DNA of 64,000 nucleotides from Podarcis pityusensis (lineage: Eukaryota), in assembly GCA_964106645.2 (NCBI GenBank), contig OZ067043.1. One strand, 5' to 3'. The notes beneath the pieces were generated by a model. That model saw only the letters and a program-made list of their open reading frames with translations. It ran no database searches and had not been told where the DNA came from. Shown piece by piece: positions 13,436-25,839 of this stretch. The number at the start of each line of letters is the position of its first letter. The stretch's first letter is position 1. Both the position numbers and the translations under genes were made by a program.

Positions 13436-13663
13436 CAGTGGTACCTCGGGTTAAGAACTTAATTCGTTCTGGAGGTCTGGTCTTAACCTCAAACTGTTCT
13501 TAACCTGAGGTACCACTTTAGCTAATGGGGCCTCCTGCTGCCACGCGATTTCTGTTCTCGTCCTGAAGCAAAGTTCTTAACCCAAGGTACTATTTCTGGG
13601 TTAGCGGAATCTATAATCTGAAGCGTCTGTAACCTGAAGCGTCTATAACCCAAGGTACAACTG
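13436..13663. mobile_element. Tc1/mariner (pogo/Tigger-like) MITE
   Basis: TA|CAGTGGTACCTCGGGTT...AACCCAAGGTACAACTG|TA. Confidence 0.8.
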
Positions 13664-15737
13664 TAAAGGGATCCGGTGCTAATCTGTAAACAGAATATCT
13701 AAACTGGTTTTGCTCTGGTTTAGGCTATGTTTCCACTTCAGTGAGGTAAGTGAATAGTGTTAATAGTTCTAATAGCTATTAGTGTTAATAGCTCTCATCA
13801 AACGAGGGGTTATTGAGTGCAAATGCATTAGCCAGAAAGGGGCTCAAAGTGCACACTACTTCCAGAAATCAGTTCTGCAACAATCACATTTATTTTTGGA
13901 AACTTTATAGTGTGTGGTACTTTCTCCAGCTGAGGTGGTTTCTATTTTAAGCCTCTAAGTGGCTGGTCAGGATGAGCCAGAGCGATGAGCTCAAAACACT
14001 GTATCGTGCACATCCCCATCTTAAGTTAGCGGCTGGTGATGCTGTCAAGCAGCCATTAGTCATCTGCGTCATTTTTGCAAGCATGACCTGTCCCTGGCCA
14101 GCTGCACGTCTGATGAGCAAACCAATCCTGACTTGACAGACACATATGGTGAATTTTGGAGACCACACACGCATATTTAGCCCAACAGACTCTGTCACAT
14201 ATCATATTTTGATTTCTTATAAATTACTATAAATCTTGCAAATTACAGCTCTGTTTCTGTGTAACAACAGAGCTACATGTTTTTGAAATATTACTGAAAA
14301 TGCTCAGTAATGAAGGAAGACCATGAACTGGAAACAGCTAGGCAACTTGCTTTTGTTTTCCAAATAAATTGTATCGTATGATGGTCCAAAAAAATAAAGA
14401 TTCAGAAACACACCCACCACATGTTCCACCCTGCCTTCTTCTCCCTAATCCCTGCTCTTTTTTTCTTTTTCTTTTGTTTGTTTTGCATGTGGTGTATTTA
14501 TTTATTATTGAAAAATTATGTGAAATATGGATTTTGTTGTTTTGAAGGCAGAACTGTTTCTTTTTTAAAGACTTCTGAGACTAGCAATGCTGCTGTTCTG
14601 CTTGTGAAGCAGACTTTCACTTGTGCAATGGAACTTCTCTCTCCTCTCCTCTCCTGTGAAGACCCCTCTGCACCCTCAAAATCTGCTCTAGAAAGTTGGA
14701 AGACCCCCCTGGAGCAGATTTTAAAGGCACACAGCATGAGGAAGGGAAAGGAAAGTCCTGTTGTACAAGCGGAATTTCATATGTGGAGCAGTGGATACAA
14801 TCCAATTTCTATACTGTTTTCAATTCTTAATGTATGGCTTACATTAGACATGGTACGGTCCTGGATACCACTGAAGAAAGGTGGAGTATAAATATAACAA
14901 GTAAGTAAATGAAGAGAATTAAAGTGTTAAGTGAAATTAAACTAGGCATGTTTACAGATTCATTCGCTTAAGAATGGGGAAATGGGGGTGCGAACAGTTT
15001 GTCCACATGTCAGAACTGGAAACTGTATTCAAGCTGTAGTTGCAAACCACAGTTTCCCCAGTTTGGATGTGACAGCAAACAATGGTTTTGCTGTGAACTA
15101 AGAGGTCAGGGAGAGAACCAGACCTCCCTGTGAGAAGAAGAGAGGAGGAAGTGTGAAACTGAGGCCAGACAGCCAAACCATTGTTTGATTGTTATATCTG
15201 AACCAGCTGTGTTGACAGTATTTTTACTCTTGCTATTGTAAGGTTTAAACAAAAGTTTACACAATATAAGTTGATATAGTGCATTACTCCTTTGCAATTT
15301 TATCCTGCATATATCCAAGAGCAGCCCTTCAAGGCTAAACATCACATGCACTGAAATTTCTTTGCCCACCCAACAGAAATTGGAGCTGGATTCCTTAAGC
15401 CAACATGGGACTGTGGTGCTGTGTTCCTTTAAGTGATACTGCCGTGGTTGGTAGGAGCAGTGCCAGCTTCCAAAAGCCTGCCTCACATGTTTATTGTTAT
15501 TGCAGAGTCTACAGAGGCCAGGAGGAGGCACCCTTGGGGTAGGGATGGGCGGATCAGTCGGTTTTTGATCTGTGTTGTGTTCATTCCTAACCGTGTTCTG
15601 TCCTGGTTCCACATTAGTCCGTGCCTTTTTAAATTTGTATGAAAATCTGTATGTATATAAAAAATACTAAAATGTGCATTGATCTACACCTGCACATCAA
15701 GGCCAAGTTGGAACTATGGGCAGCCCTACCTATGACC

Positions 15738-15905
15738 ACAGCATCTGCTTTGCATGCATGCAGAAGGTCGCAGGTTCCATTCTTGACATCTCCAGGTAGA
15801 GATGGGAATAATATAATCCGAAACCTGGACATCCACTGCCATGCAGTGTAGATAACACTGAACTACATGGGCCAATAGCCCAACTCACTATAAGGCATAT
15901 TCCTG
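15738..15905 (+). mobile_element. Squam3-like SINE
   Basis: GCATCTGCTTTGCATG...CAGAAGGTCGCAGGTTC...CATCTCCAGGTAG...TATAAGGCA. Confidence 0.6.
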
Positions 15906-16103
15906 TGTACTTATACCCAGTCTAGACCTGGAGGGTATGATACCCAGCTGAGGATCCCAGGAGCTTACTTCAAAGGACAGAAATTTTGTCCCATTGATCC
16001 GGCCGGGCTCCCAGTATTTCAACCAGACCTGGCCAATTCAGAGGCTGCATACTACCAGCCAATTACAGGTACTGGTGTTACACATTCTGTCACTCAAGAA
16101 CAT

Positions 16104-16450
16104 GACCTCGGTCCAGTATACCTGAAGGAACGTCTCCATCTCCATTGTTCTACCCAGACACTGAAGTCGAGCGCCGAGGGCCTTTTGGTGGCTCCCTCAC
16201 TGTGAGAAGCCAAGTTACAGGGATCCAGGCAAAGGGCCTTCTCGGTAGTGGCGCCCGCCCTGTGGAACGCCCTCCCACCAGATCTCAAAGAGAAAAATAA
16301 CTACCAAACTTTTAGAAGACATCTGAAGGCAGCCCTGTTTAGGGAAGCTTTTAATGTTTAATAGGTTATTGTATTTGAGTGTTTTATTGGAAGCCGCCCA
16401 GAGTGGCTGGGGAATCCCAGCCAGATGGGCGGGGTATAATTAATAAATTA

Positions 16451-16496
<46 letters not shown>
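16104..16496 (+). mobile_element. L2-clade LINE 3' fragment with (TAT)n tail
   Basis: Ends GGAAGCCGCCCAGAGTGGCTGGGG...GGGGTAT then (ATT)n; same family as 17335-17862. Confidence 0.8.
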
Positions 16497-16592
16497 GAGG
16501 CTTGACAGAAGGCTACCAAGGTAGGCTAAAGATACAGACCGTGTGGCATGCTGCTTGAGCCCCTGCCAGCACAATATCATCTGAACTGGACA

Positions 16593-16735
16593 TCATAGCT
16601 CAGCTGGTAGAGCATGAGACTCTTTAATCTCAGGGTCGTGGGTTTGAGGCCCCTATTGGGCAAAATATTCCTGCATCATGGGAGATTGGACTAGATGACC
16701 CTGGTGGCTCCTTCCAATCCTGTACAATTCTGCGG
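16593..16735 (+). mobile_element. tRNA-Lys(CTT)-derived SINE
   Basis: ATAGCTCAGCTGGTAGAGCATGAGACTC...GGACTAGATGACC. Confidence 0.8.
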
Positions 16736-17334
16736 TCGTCATCCTGCATGGAACACATCTGCAGCAGAATCCATGCACAGTTGTTGCATCGTGATTCCTT
16801 GTAAATTTTGCTCCGTCCATAGCCGTGCACGAAGAATAACGGTCAACTAGTAAAGCCACACTTTGTCCTTCCAGTATTTTTAGGCACTTTCAAAATTTAT
16901 AGTGACAACAACAGACGTGGGTCAGGGTAACCATTCTTAACAGGGCTTTGTTATTACAGCTTGCAGGACTTGACCCAAACCCCTAGCCAAGAGGTTCACC
17001 CGATATAGTGAGACCTTGAGCTGAGTTCTTGTGTTACTTGAGAAGACGCTGTTCTTGGCTGCATTTTATGGGATGGAAGGGGAAGGTGCAAACGGGAAAG
17101 ATTCCAGACAAGTTAACATCCTTGCTGTCATCAAAGGCTTCCGCTCTGACCATGAAAAGCTCAAGAATGTGAAGGACTTCAGCTGTATATGGAATAAATT
17201 TTTATTTCCTCTTCCATGGGAAATAATGTTGTTGCTATGTGCCAAGGCTATTTCCTTCCCTTCCTCTTGCAACGATTTGTGTCCCACTGACCGTAAAATG
17301 TACTGAAAATAAGATGCACAATATCCTTTATGCA

Positions 17335-17862
17335 ACATCATCATCATCATCATCATCATCATCATTCTTCTTCTTCTCTGGGTGGCTTCCAACCAATATA
17401 AAAGCATAAAACATCAAACATTTAAAACTTCCCAAGACAGGGCTGCCTTCCAATGTCTTCTAAAAGTTGTAGTGTTATTTATCTCCTTGACATCTGATGG
17501 GAGGGCGTTCCACAGGGCAGGTGCCACTACTGAGAAGGCCCTCTGCCTGGTTCTCTGCAATTTCATTTCTCACAGTGAAGGAACCACCAGAAGGCCCTTG
17601 GAGCTGGGCCTCAGTGTCTGGGCTGAATAATGGGGGTGAAGACGCTCCTTCAGGTATCCTGGGCCAAGGCCGTTTAGGGCTTTAAAGGTCAGCATCAACA
17701 CTTTGAATTGTGCTTGGAAATGTACTGGGAGCCAGAGTAGATCCTTAAGGACCAGTGTTATATGGTCCTGGCGGCCACTCCCAGTCACCAGCTTAGCTGC
17801 CGAATTCTGGATTAGTCGTAGTTTCTGAGTCACCTTCAAAGGGAGCTCCACTTGAAGCGCAT
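17335..17862 (-). mobile_element. L2-clade LINE 3' fragment
   Basis: Translation KLRLIQNSAAKLVTG...HITLVLKDLLWLPVHFQAQFKVLMLTFKALNGLGP is the L2 ORF2 C-terminal motif. Confidence 0.85.
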
Positions 17863-18394
17863 TCACCCCGCTCTGATTTTACTGTGGTGTTTTTTGCATG
17901 ACCAATTAATCTTTTAGCTTTCAGACCACACTCTTGAATATCACTTATTGAGACATGACATACAATGAATAGGGGTGGGTGAAGAAAGTGTTCTGCTTGG
18001 ATAGAAGAAGAGACTTGAGCTGTCAGCCAAGACTGACACCATCACTTAAAGGCCTGTCACTGGATACACTGAAGATTAAACAGGAAAGAGTGATGTATTT
18101 TAGGAGCATTCGTATCCCGCATAATAAACACGTGCTTCTGAGGAATTATCATATGTGGGTCAGGGGTGGACTTCTTCACCTGCCTCAAACAGCATTCCTA
18201 GTAATGAAAGATGGCCTGTTTAAAGTTTTCACATTGTTCAGAAGTTTCTAGCTAGTCCAATCCATTCTTCACATTCTGGGTAAGTATATGGAGTTTACTC
18301 CTGTCAAACTCAACCTAAAGCAGATGTAGGGCTAGCTCCAGGTTGGAGGAAACTGCCTTCTATCTTTCTCAGTATTATCCACAATGACTGGAGA

Positions 18395-18510
18395 TGCCTC
18401 TCTAGGGCTTCAGCGAAGGGGTATTCCCAGCCTTATCTGGGCTTGCCGGGGATTGAACCTGAGACCTTCTGCATGCCAAGCAGACGCTCTGCCCCTGAAC
18501 TACAGCACTT
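18395..18510 (-). mobile_element. Squam3-like SINE fragment
   Basis: GCCGGGGATTGAACCTGAGACCTTCTGCATGCCAAGCAGACGCTCT (reverse B box/head). Confidence 0.6.
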
Positions 18511-19364
18511 TCAGATGCCAGCTGTCCTAGCCGGCCCTTTTCCAGGAGGCAAACCTCAGGGCATCAGGAATTGGCAGTGAACTGCCTGCTACGGCTTGAG
18601 CCTTGGCACATGTCCCATTGTGCTGATTCCTGCTTCTGGCCATGAACTATGCCCACAATCCCTTACTCTCCAACCCTGGCCATAAGTTATCCCATTTCAA
18701 AAAGTCCTCCGTTTAAAGTCCTAAGAAAGATGCTCCAGAACTGAGTCACGAGAAAAGAGCTCATGGTCATGGAGAAGCCGCTAGAAATGTTTCTCTTCGC
18801 ATTGCTATCTGAAAATGATCTAGCATTTTCCACTATAATGTTATGCACATATTTTGCTTATGGAACAAGCAGCACAAGAACAAAAACCCTTGATTGCTAT
18901 TTTCTTCCTCTTGCATATCAGTGTTTGACCCAAAGTGCTCTGGAAGTCTCAGGTTTGTCCCCAGCTTTGCCCAGACAAACATGCTTGAGACGCTTGCACT
19001 GCAAGCTATTTGGTCTGCGTTTTTAGCATTATTATTATTATTATTATTTCTTGACCTCTCAGAGTTCCCATTGGACACGCATTTTTGCACAGCGGAAGAA
19101 CTCATCTGAACAGAGGCAGCTCTGCAGGCGTCCAGTTCAGTGATGTACCCCGCAAATGGGACAGCATAGCATCACATATCAGCCGTCAGGGGGGAAAAGA
19201 TGGCTTTATGATAACAAAACGCTCACACACATCTGGTATTATGCTTCAAAGAGAAAAGAAAAATACTTTTTTTTGGGGGGGGGGGGGAGACATGAACTTC
19301 CAACTAGTACTTGCAACCTTTTGTCAAGTTTTGCCAACATTGTGATTATTAAAATATGTCAGCA

Positions 19365-19606
19365 CAGTCATACCTTGGTTCTCAAACGGAATCCATTCCA
19401 GAAGTCCATTTGACTTCCGAAAACGTTAGAAAACCTAGGCGCGGCTTCCGATTGGCTGCAGGAGCTTCCTGCACTAAATCAGAAGCCGCGTCAGACATTC
19501 AGCTTCCAAAAAACGTTCGCAAACTGGAACACTCACTTCCGGGTTTGCAGCGTTCGGGTGCCAAAATGTTCAAGTCACAAGGCGTTCAAGAGCCAAGGTA
19601 TGACTG
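19365..19606. mobile_element. Tc1/mariner MITE
   Basis: CAGTCATACCTTGG...CCAAGGTATGACTG|TA. Confidence 0.75.
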
Positions 19607-21126
19607 TACTAAAATGTAAGTACCACTTTTGCATGCCAAAAACCACGAGTGGCTACAGTGCATATTATGCAGCCCCAAATGCTATTTTCAAGAAGAGGCA
19701 TCATTGAGGAGGAGGAAACTTTGAGTGAAAAGCTATCAACACTCCCCCTTGCCCACTGTTGCTCTGCTCAAAATTAACCACCCCAGCGGGTTCAAAATGT
19801 AGCAAAGCACAGTTACTGGGGGTCATTGGAGAGGGAAATTAGGAGAAGAAAGATACCAGAAGGGGAAAGAATTAAGCACTCCCTTCCCAAGCTATCCCTT
19901 ATCACCATCATCATCATCACCGCCACCATTTAACATCTGTACAGCACTTCCAAGTGTTCAAACCACTTTGCATACATTATCTAGTTGTAATCCTTACCAG
20001 CAACCCAGTAAGCGAAGTCAGGATTATTATCCCCATAATGCAGGCTGAGAGAGCGTGCTTTGCTGAAGGCCACCTGAAGGCCACAAAAACAGAAGAAGCA
20101 CTGGGTATCATTACATGCATTTGCATGTATTATTTAGTTGGCCTTTGAGAAATGATAACAGCACCATGTACATACAGAGTAAATTTCCCTCAGCACCGAT
20201 TCACTCCAGGTCACTTGCCATGTGTCAAAACAGGGCTTCCACGTCAGATGCTGCAGCTGACAGAGAAGTCTGAGCTCACAAATTATCCTTTTAGAAACTA
20301 ATATTTTGCTTCTCCCGCCCCCACCCCAAACAGGACAGAAATTATACATGGCACATTACCCAGAGTGCTAGGATTGTTCTGTCCATGTCCTATATTTCAG
20401 CCCTGGCTTCAGTCTCAGATGCTGCCTCTGTGGCATCCTTCATTGTATAAGGCAATTCACAGTTGTTTCCAAGGCCCTTCCCTTGGCAAAGGCCCACCTG
20501 CTAGTACAATCAATGTGTCCTGAAATGCATTCAGGAGGGCAACTGAGAAGTGGGCAGGCAGCTCTTATGCTTAGAGATGGGGGGTTGTTCATTTGAATTG
20601 TCAGTGGCTGAACAAAGCCAAATATTCCCCCCAAACAAATGCTTCTCTTTTTCAGTTAACAAATGGTGGGAACCAAGTAGAAATTTGAAGAGATTCAAGC
20701 AGTGATGCCTTCTGCTGCTAGCCAGCTTGTCTAGTGAATTCATAAGCTCCCTCTGGTGACACAGATTTGTCCTGGCAAGTGGGGACTTGTGTTAATTGTG
20801 CTGCTGTGGAAACCTACCTAGGATTGCCATATTTCAAAAAGTGAAATCCTGACATCTGCAAAGTTGTTGAGCTTTCTTGGGGAAACCTCCCTCCAAAATA
20901 GTGATTTTAAGCTTTTTGAACCGTTTCTGCTGCTTTTTCCATCGTGTTACCATACACCCGGGTTTTCCATGACATTTTGCCGTTTCGGCAAAATCCCCCC
21001 CCCCAACGCCATTTTTACACATGAAAGCCTAACATAACCTACTCAGTGCTGTTTATATTCCATGATTACACATTTGCAGAAAAAGTAAATTATTTGATAA
21101 CGGGCAGAGAAGTCCGCATTTTAAGA

Positions 21127-21128
<2 letters not shown>

Positions 21129-21182
<54 letters not shown>
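21129..21182. repeat. (CTTT)n microsatellite
   Basis: Direct reading. Confidence 0.95.
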
Positions 21183-21390
21183 CTCTCTTTCAAAAAAAAA
21201 GCAAGTTTTTAGCCCTTAGGGCTACCAAAAAGGGTTTGAAAGCGTTTGGGCAATGCCAGGTAAAATCCCTAGAGCCAGATGCCTCATGGACATGTCTCTG
21301 TTCTTCCCCATTACTAGCAGACGAGGGATAAGTTATGCAAAATGTATACGAAGCAATACATTTGCATAATATATACCAGCTGTATAATTA

Positions 21391-22119
21391 CCGTATTTTT
21401 CGCTCTATAGGACGCACTTTTCCCCTTCAAAAATGAAGGGGAAATGTGTGTGCGTCCTATGGAGCGAAGACGCCATAGCCCCGCGACCCTCTCCCGGCTG
21501 GAGAGGTGACGCGCGGCTATGGCAGGAGCCTCTATAGCCGCACGTCACCTCTCCAGCCGGGAGAGCGCGCGCGGGGCTAAAGAAGCCCCCCGCGACCCTC
21601 TCCTGGCTGGAGAGGTGACGCGCGGCTATGGCAGGAGCCCCTTTAGCCGCGTGCCACCTCTTCAGCTGGGAGAGCGTGTGCGGGGCTAAAGAAGCCATAG
21701 CCCCGCGACCCTCTCCCAGCTGGAGAGGTGACGCACGACTATGGCAGCAGCCTCCCCGCTGCGCCTTTCCGCTGCTCCCTGATCTGCTCTTTGGGGCTGG
21801 TGTTGGGCTTCCCCCCGCCAGCCCCAAAGAGCAGGTCGAAAGGAACCTGAAGCCTGGAGAGCAAGAGGGGTTGGTGTGCACCGACCCCTCTCGCTCTCCA
21901 GGCTTCCAGGGTAGCCACCTGAACGCACCTTAAACGGCACCTTGTTTTAGAGCGGGAAAACAAGAGGGGGGAAATTCTCCCTCTCTCTGCGCAGCGCCTC
22001 CTGCCGCTTCGCTGAAGGAGCGCTGGGCAGAGAAGGGGAGATTTTTTTTTCTTGTTCTCCCCCCTCTAAAACAAGGTGCGTCCTATTGTCCGGTGCGTCC
22101 TATGGTGCGAAAAATACGG
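21391..22119 (+). mobile_element. Tc2-type (Tc1/mariner superfamily) non-autonomous element, GC/CpG-rich
   Basis: TA|CCGTATTTTTCGC...GCGAAAAATACGG|TA; internal ~110-bp hairpin repeats. Confidence 0.8.
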
Positions 22120-24326
22120 TATACTTTTCTTGGCACATACAACCAGCTGGGCTGCTGAATGTATCTTAGAACTCTCAAGAAACACTTGCCATCTTTTAAA
22201 GATTTCCCAGCACCTTATAACCCATTTGCTTTCTCAGTAGAGTGGCATTACAGTATACCTATAGGGCAGCATAGAAAACTTGCTCTAAGCAACGTAACTC
22301 GCCCCGTGTAAGTTCCCCACTCCTAAGACCGGCATTGTGGTTTATACATATTCCACCTTTCTTCCGTCACGAACTCAAGAAAATGTACTTGTTTTTTCTC
22401 AGGTGGTTACCCAACCCAGGCATTGCCCAGCCCCAGACTGGCTTAGCTGTTGCAAGATAGTGGTCTCATGGATCTTGCTAACTTGCTAACTGTTGTGGTC
22501 AGGCTCCCTGGAGCTCTAGGTATTGTGGGGACATGTGTGGCCCAGAAATTGCCTACAATGGCTCAAAAGGCAGGTTGCCAGAAATGAAGATTCACAGAGT
22601 TCATCAAGTTGAATCCAATGCTAGTCCTACTAATAGTAGGACATGTTGAAGATGAAATGCAACAGGTCTACTGTGACCAGGACTAGCATTGCATACAAAC
22701 TGGAGCTTGGAGAGAAGGAGAAGGCATCCAGCTACCAGAGAGCTCATTTCTCTCCAGCTGAGGTCACAGAGGGAGAGGAAAAATCTGCAGCTGCAGCTGG
22801 GAAGGGGTGGGGGCACCTTCCTACCCAGACAAGGACTTAAAAGTGCTTAACTGTGGCGGGTCTGTGCCATTTGTTTCTCATTCTAGTTGGGCCGTTCCAG
22901 GATTACATGAGTCTGCAAGAGCACAATGTTTGAAAGGATTTCTTTTTTTTTTTAAAGGTCAACCTGGGAGGATGACAGACAAGCAAGGGACAGCCAAGTA
23001 TAACTTTATGCATGCTGGCAAAGTGGGGGAAATAACGTGTGCATCAGCTATGGAAGCATGTCAATGAGGGCATTGCAAGCAACGTGAACGAAAAACCACA
23101 CAAAACTATTTTGAGCCGGATATATCTTACATTGCAGTCTAACCTCACATAATCTGGACAAAGTCAGAGCCCATCAGCTGGTGAGACGTCTTGAGAAACG
23201 CCACAATATTATTATTTTTAATTAATATAAGCTTTTAAGAACTGTGAGACCTTCAAGATGCATTTAGGTGTAACAAGAAAGACACAAGGATGATGCACAA
23301 TATATACACGTATTGGCAAACAAAATTGCATCCAACTGAGTTTGATTCAGAATAGACCCAATGATATTAAACGGGCCTAAGCTAGCCATTTCCATAGGTC
23401 TACTCTGAGTAGGATCGACATTTGCTACAGTCTACTATAAAACCTTTTAAGCTTTCATCTTTTTGAATCCAAAGGTAGCCAGAGATTCAGACACCAACCT
23501 AGGAGTGTTCAATGGAAACGCTGCCTAGGGCACATGGGTTGTTAATCCAGATATAAAATTTTAGCAGAACAAAAATGGTGCAGCTGTAATGTAGCTGTGT
23601 ATCCTTGGAAGTAGCGGAACATTCCATTTTGGATTAGCAGCCTAATTCTGGGGTCACTAACGTGCCACTGAGGACTCCCCCAGCGCCAACAAAACCTCTA
23701 AGCCTCTCCCCCCTCCCCTGTTTCCTGCTCCCTTCACTATGAGGTGAGAAAGGTAAGCTACTTTTTGACACGTGGAAAAATTAATAGAGCCAAAGGAAGT
23801 TTCAAGGGCCAAGATTTTCCCCACTTCCTCTCTCAGCAATGTGCTTTTTAAGGCTCCGTTCTACTCAGACCTGAGCAGTTTGAGAGAAAGGGGAATGACC
23901 AAGAGAGCAGGAAGGAAAGGGGAGCAATCTGGAAGATGGTGGGACAGGGGAGGGAAACAGAGGGGAGCTTTGTAACCTCAAAGGTGTTGCCTCATTGGCT
24001 GAGCTCCCTGACACTCCCTGCAATAATATCTCCTCTGGTGTCTACACATCACCGAAGGGGAGGCTTGGACCTTAATGCTGCAAGCATCAACTGCTGCTCT
24101 CTGGGCTGCTTAGCTATTGTATTAGGTGTGTTGTGGACCCTTCCAGGAAGAACTGCATTCTGGTCATCATCATAAGGTTGCTTTCGACACAGCTAGTGTA
24201 GGGGTGTTGTCAGTAGGAACAATGCGATTGATGGGTTGTGATGAAGTTGTTAGGGGCTCAGTGGGAGTGGCTTTTGCTACATTTCCTCTGTTATTATTGT
24301 GCTTTCAGTTACATTCCTAGAGGATA

Positions 24327-24907
24327 CAGTGGTGCCTCGCAAGACGAAAAGAATCCGTTCCGCGAGTCTCTTCGTCTTGCGGGTTTTTTCGTCTTGCGAA
24401 GCAAGCCCATTAGAGGTTTAGAGGCTTAGCGCTACAGTATTAGCGGCTTAGCCGGCTTAAAGAACAGCTGATAAGGAGCTTAACGATCAGCTGATAAGCG
24501 GCTTAGCATCAGCTGTTAAGCGGCTTAAAGATCAGCTGATAAGCGGCTTAGCATCAGCTGTTAAGCGGCTTAAAGATCAGCTGATAAGCGGCTTAGCATC
24601 AGCTGTTAAGCGGCTTAAAGATCAGCTGATAAGCGGCTTAGCATCAGCTGTTAAGCAGCTTAAAGATCAGCTGATAAGCGGCTTAGCATCAGCTGTTAAG
24701 CGGCTTAGCCATCAGCTGATAAGCGGTTTAGCGGCTTGGGAAAAAGGGGGGGGAAGGAAAAAAACCCCGCAGGAACTCGCAAGACATTTTCGTCTTGCGA
24801 AGCAAGCACATAGGAAATTCGTTTTGCGAAGCACCTCCAAAACGGAAAACCCTTTCGTCTAGCGGGTTTTCCGTCTTGCGAGGCATTCGTCTTGCGGGGC
24901 ACCACTG
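24327..24907. mobile_element. Tc1/mariner MITE with internal 45-bp minisatellite
   Basis: TA|CAGTGGTGCCTCGCAAGACGAA...TTCGTCTTGCGGGGCACCACTG|TA. Confidence 0.8.
24485..24730. repeat. 45-bp tandem repeat, about 5.4 units
   Basis: Unit GATCAGCTGATAAGCGGCTTAGCATCAGCTGTTAAGCGGCTTAAA starts at 24485, 24530, 24575, 24620, 24665. Confidence 0.95.
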
Positions 24908-25017
24908 TAATAGGATCCCAACCAGCTACAGGGGCGTAAACATCCACGTAGTATTAGCCATCTTAGCTGGACTAATGGTATTGGCCCCATCTAACTTCAG
25001 TTACATGGGGCCAATAA

Positions 25018-25198
25018 CATACCCTCCAACATTTCTCTGATGAAAATAGGGACATCCTACCATACCCTCCAACACTTATCTGATTAAAATAGGGACGGCC
25101 TAAGGAAAAGCGGGACATACCAGGATCAAATCAGAAGCCAGGATAGCTTCTGTAAATCCAGGATTGTCCCTGGAAAATAGGAACACTTGGAGGGTCTG
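25018..25198. mobile_element. Small DNA-transposon MITE (hAT-like)
   Basis: CATACCCTCCAA...TTGGAGGGTCTG inverted termini, repeated AAAATAGGGAC motif. Confidence 0.5.
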
Positions 25199-25345
25199 CA
25201 ATAAGCTCTATGATCGTTTTAGTAATAGATAGGATTGATTATTTTATGATACAGAGACATTAGCAATATAACTCTCCGCTGGTGCTTTGATGATTTTTGT
25301 CCCCACTGTTTTGTAGCAATAGAACCCTTTTATCAACCAATATAA

Positions 25346-25677
25346 GGGACGCAGGTGGCGCTGTGGGTTAAACCACAGAGCCTAGGACTTGCCAATCAGA
25401 AGGTCAGCAGTTCGAATCCCCTCTACGGGGTGAGCTCCCGTTGCTCGGTCCCTGCTCCTGCCAACCTAGCAGTTCGAAAGCACGTCAAAGTGCAAGTAGA
25501 TAAATAGGTACCGCTCCGGCAGGAAGGTAAATGGAGTTTCTGTGTGCTGCTTGGTTCGCCATGCTGGCCACATGACCCGGAAGCTGTACGCCGGCTCCCT
25601 CGGCCAATAAAGTGAGATGAGCGCCAGAACCCCAGAGTTGGCCACGACTGGACCTAATGGTCAGGGCTCCCTTTACC
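25346..25677 (+). mobile_element. Sauria SINE
   Basis: Full head and tail; 15-bp TSD TTATCAACCAATATA. Confidence 0.9.
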
Positions 25678-25703
25678 TTATCAACCAATATACTAACTAA
25701 AAC

Positions 25704-25839
25704 CAGGGTGTGTGTTTTTCAGCCAGAATCTCAGTTCCGGCACCTCTCAGGTGGACGCCATTGAGAAAGAAGGGAAGCGTTTGTGGTGAGTTCCAGAACC
25801 TTTTTCTTAAAAAAACAAACAAAAAAAAAACCAGCACTG
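25704..25839. mobile_element. hAT MITE
   Basis: CAG...CTG termini with 8-bp TSD ACTAAAAC. Confidence 0.65.

Noticed and set aside
21405-21963. Overlapping ORFs repeated at 44197-44515
   Set aside because: By-product of the GC-rich Tc2-type MITE; no transposase DDE/HTH motif.
24485-24730. CRISPR-like palindromic repeat array
   Set aside because: No unique spacers, lies inside a TA-flanked MITE, eukaryotic context, no cas genes.
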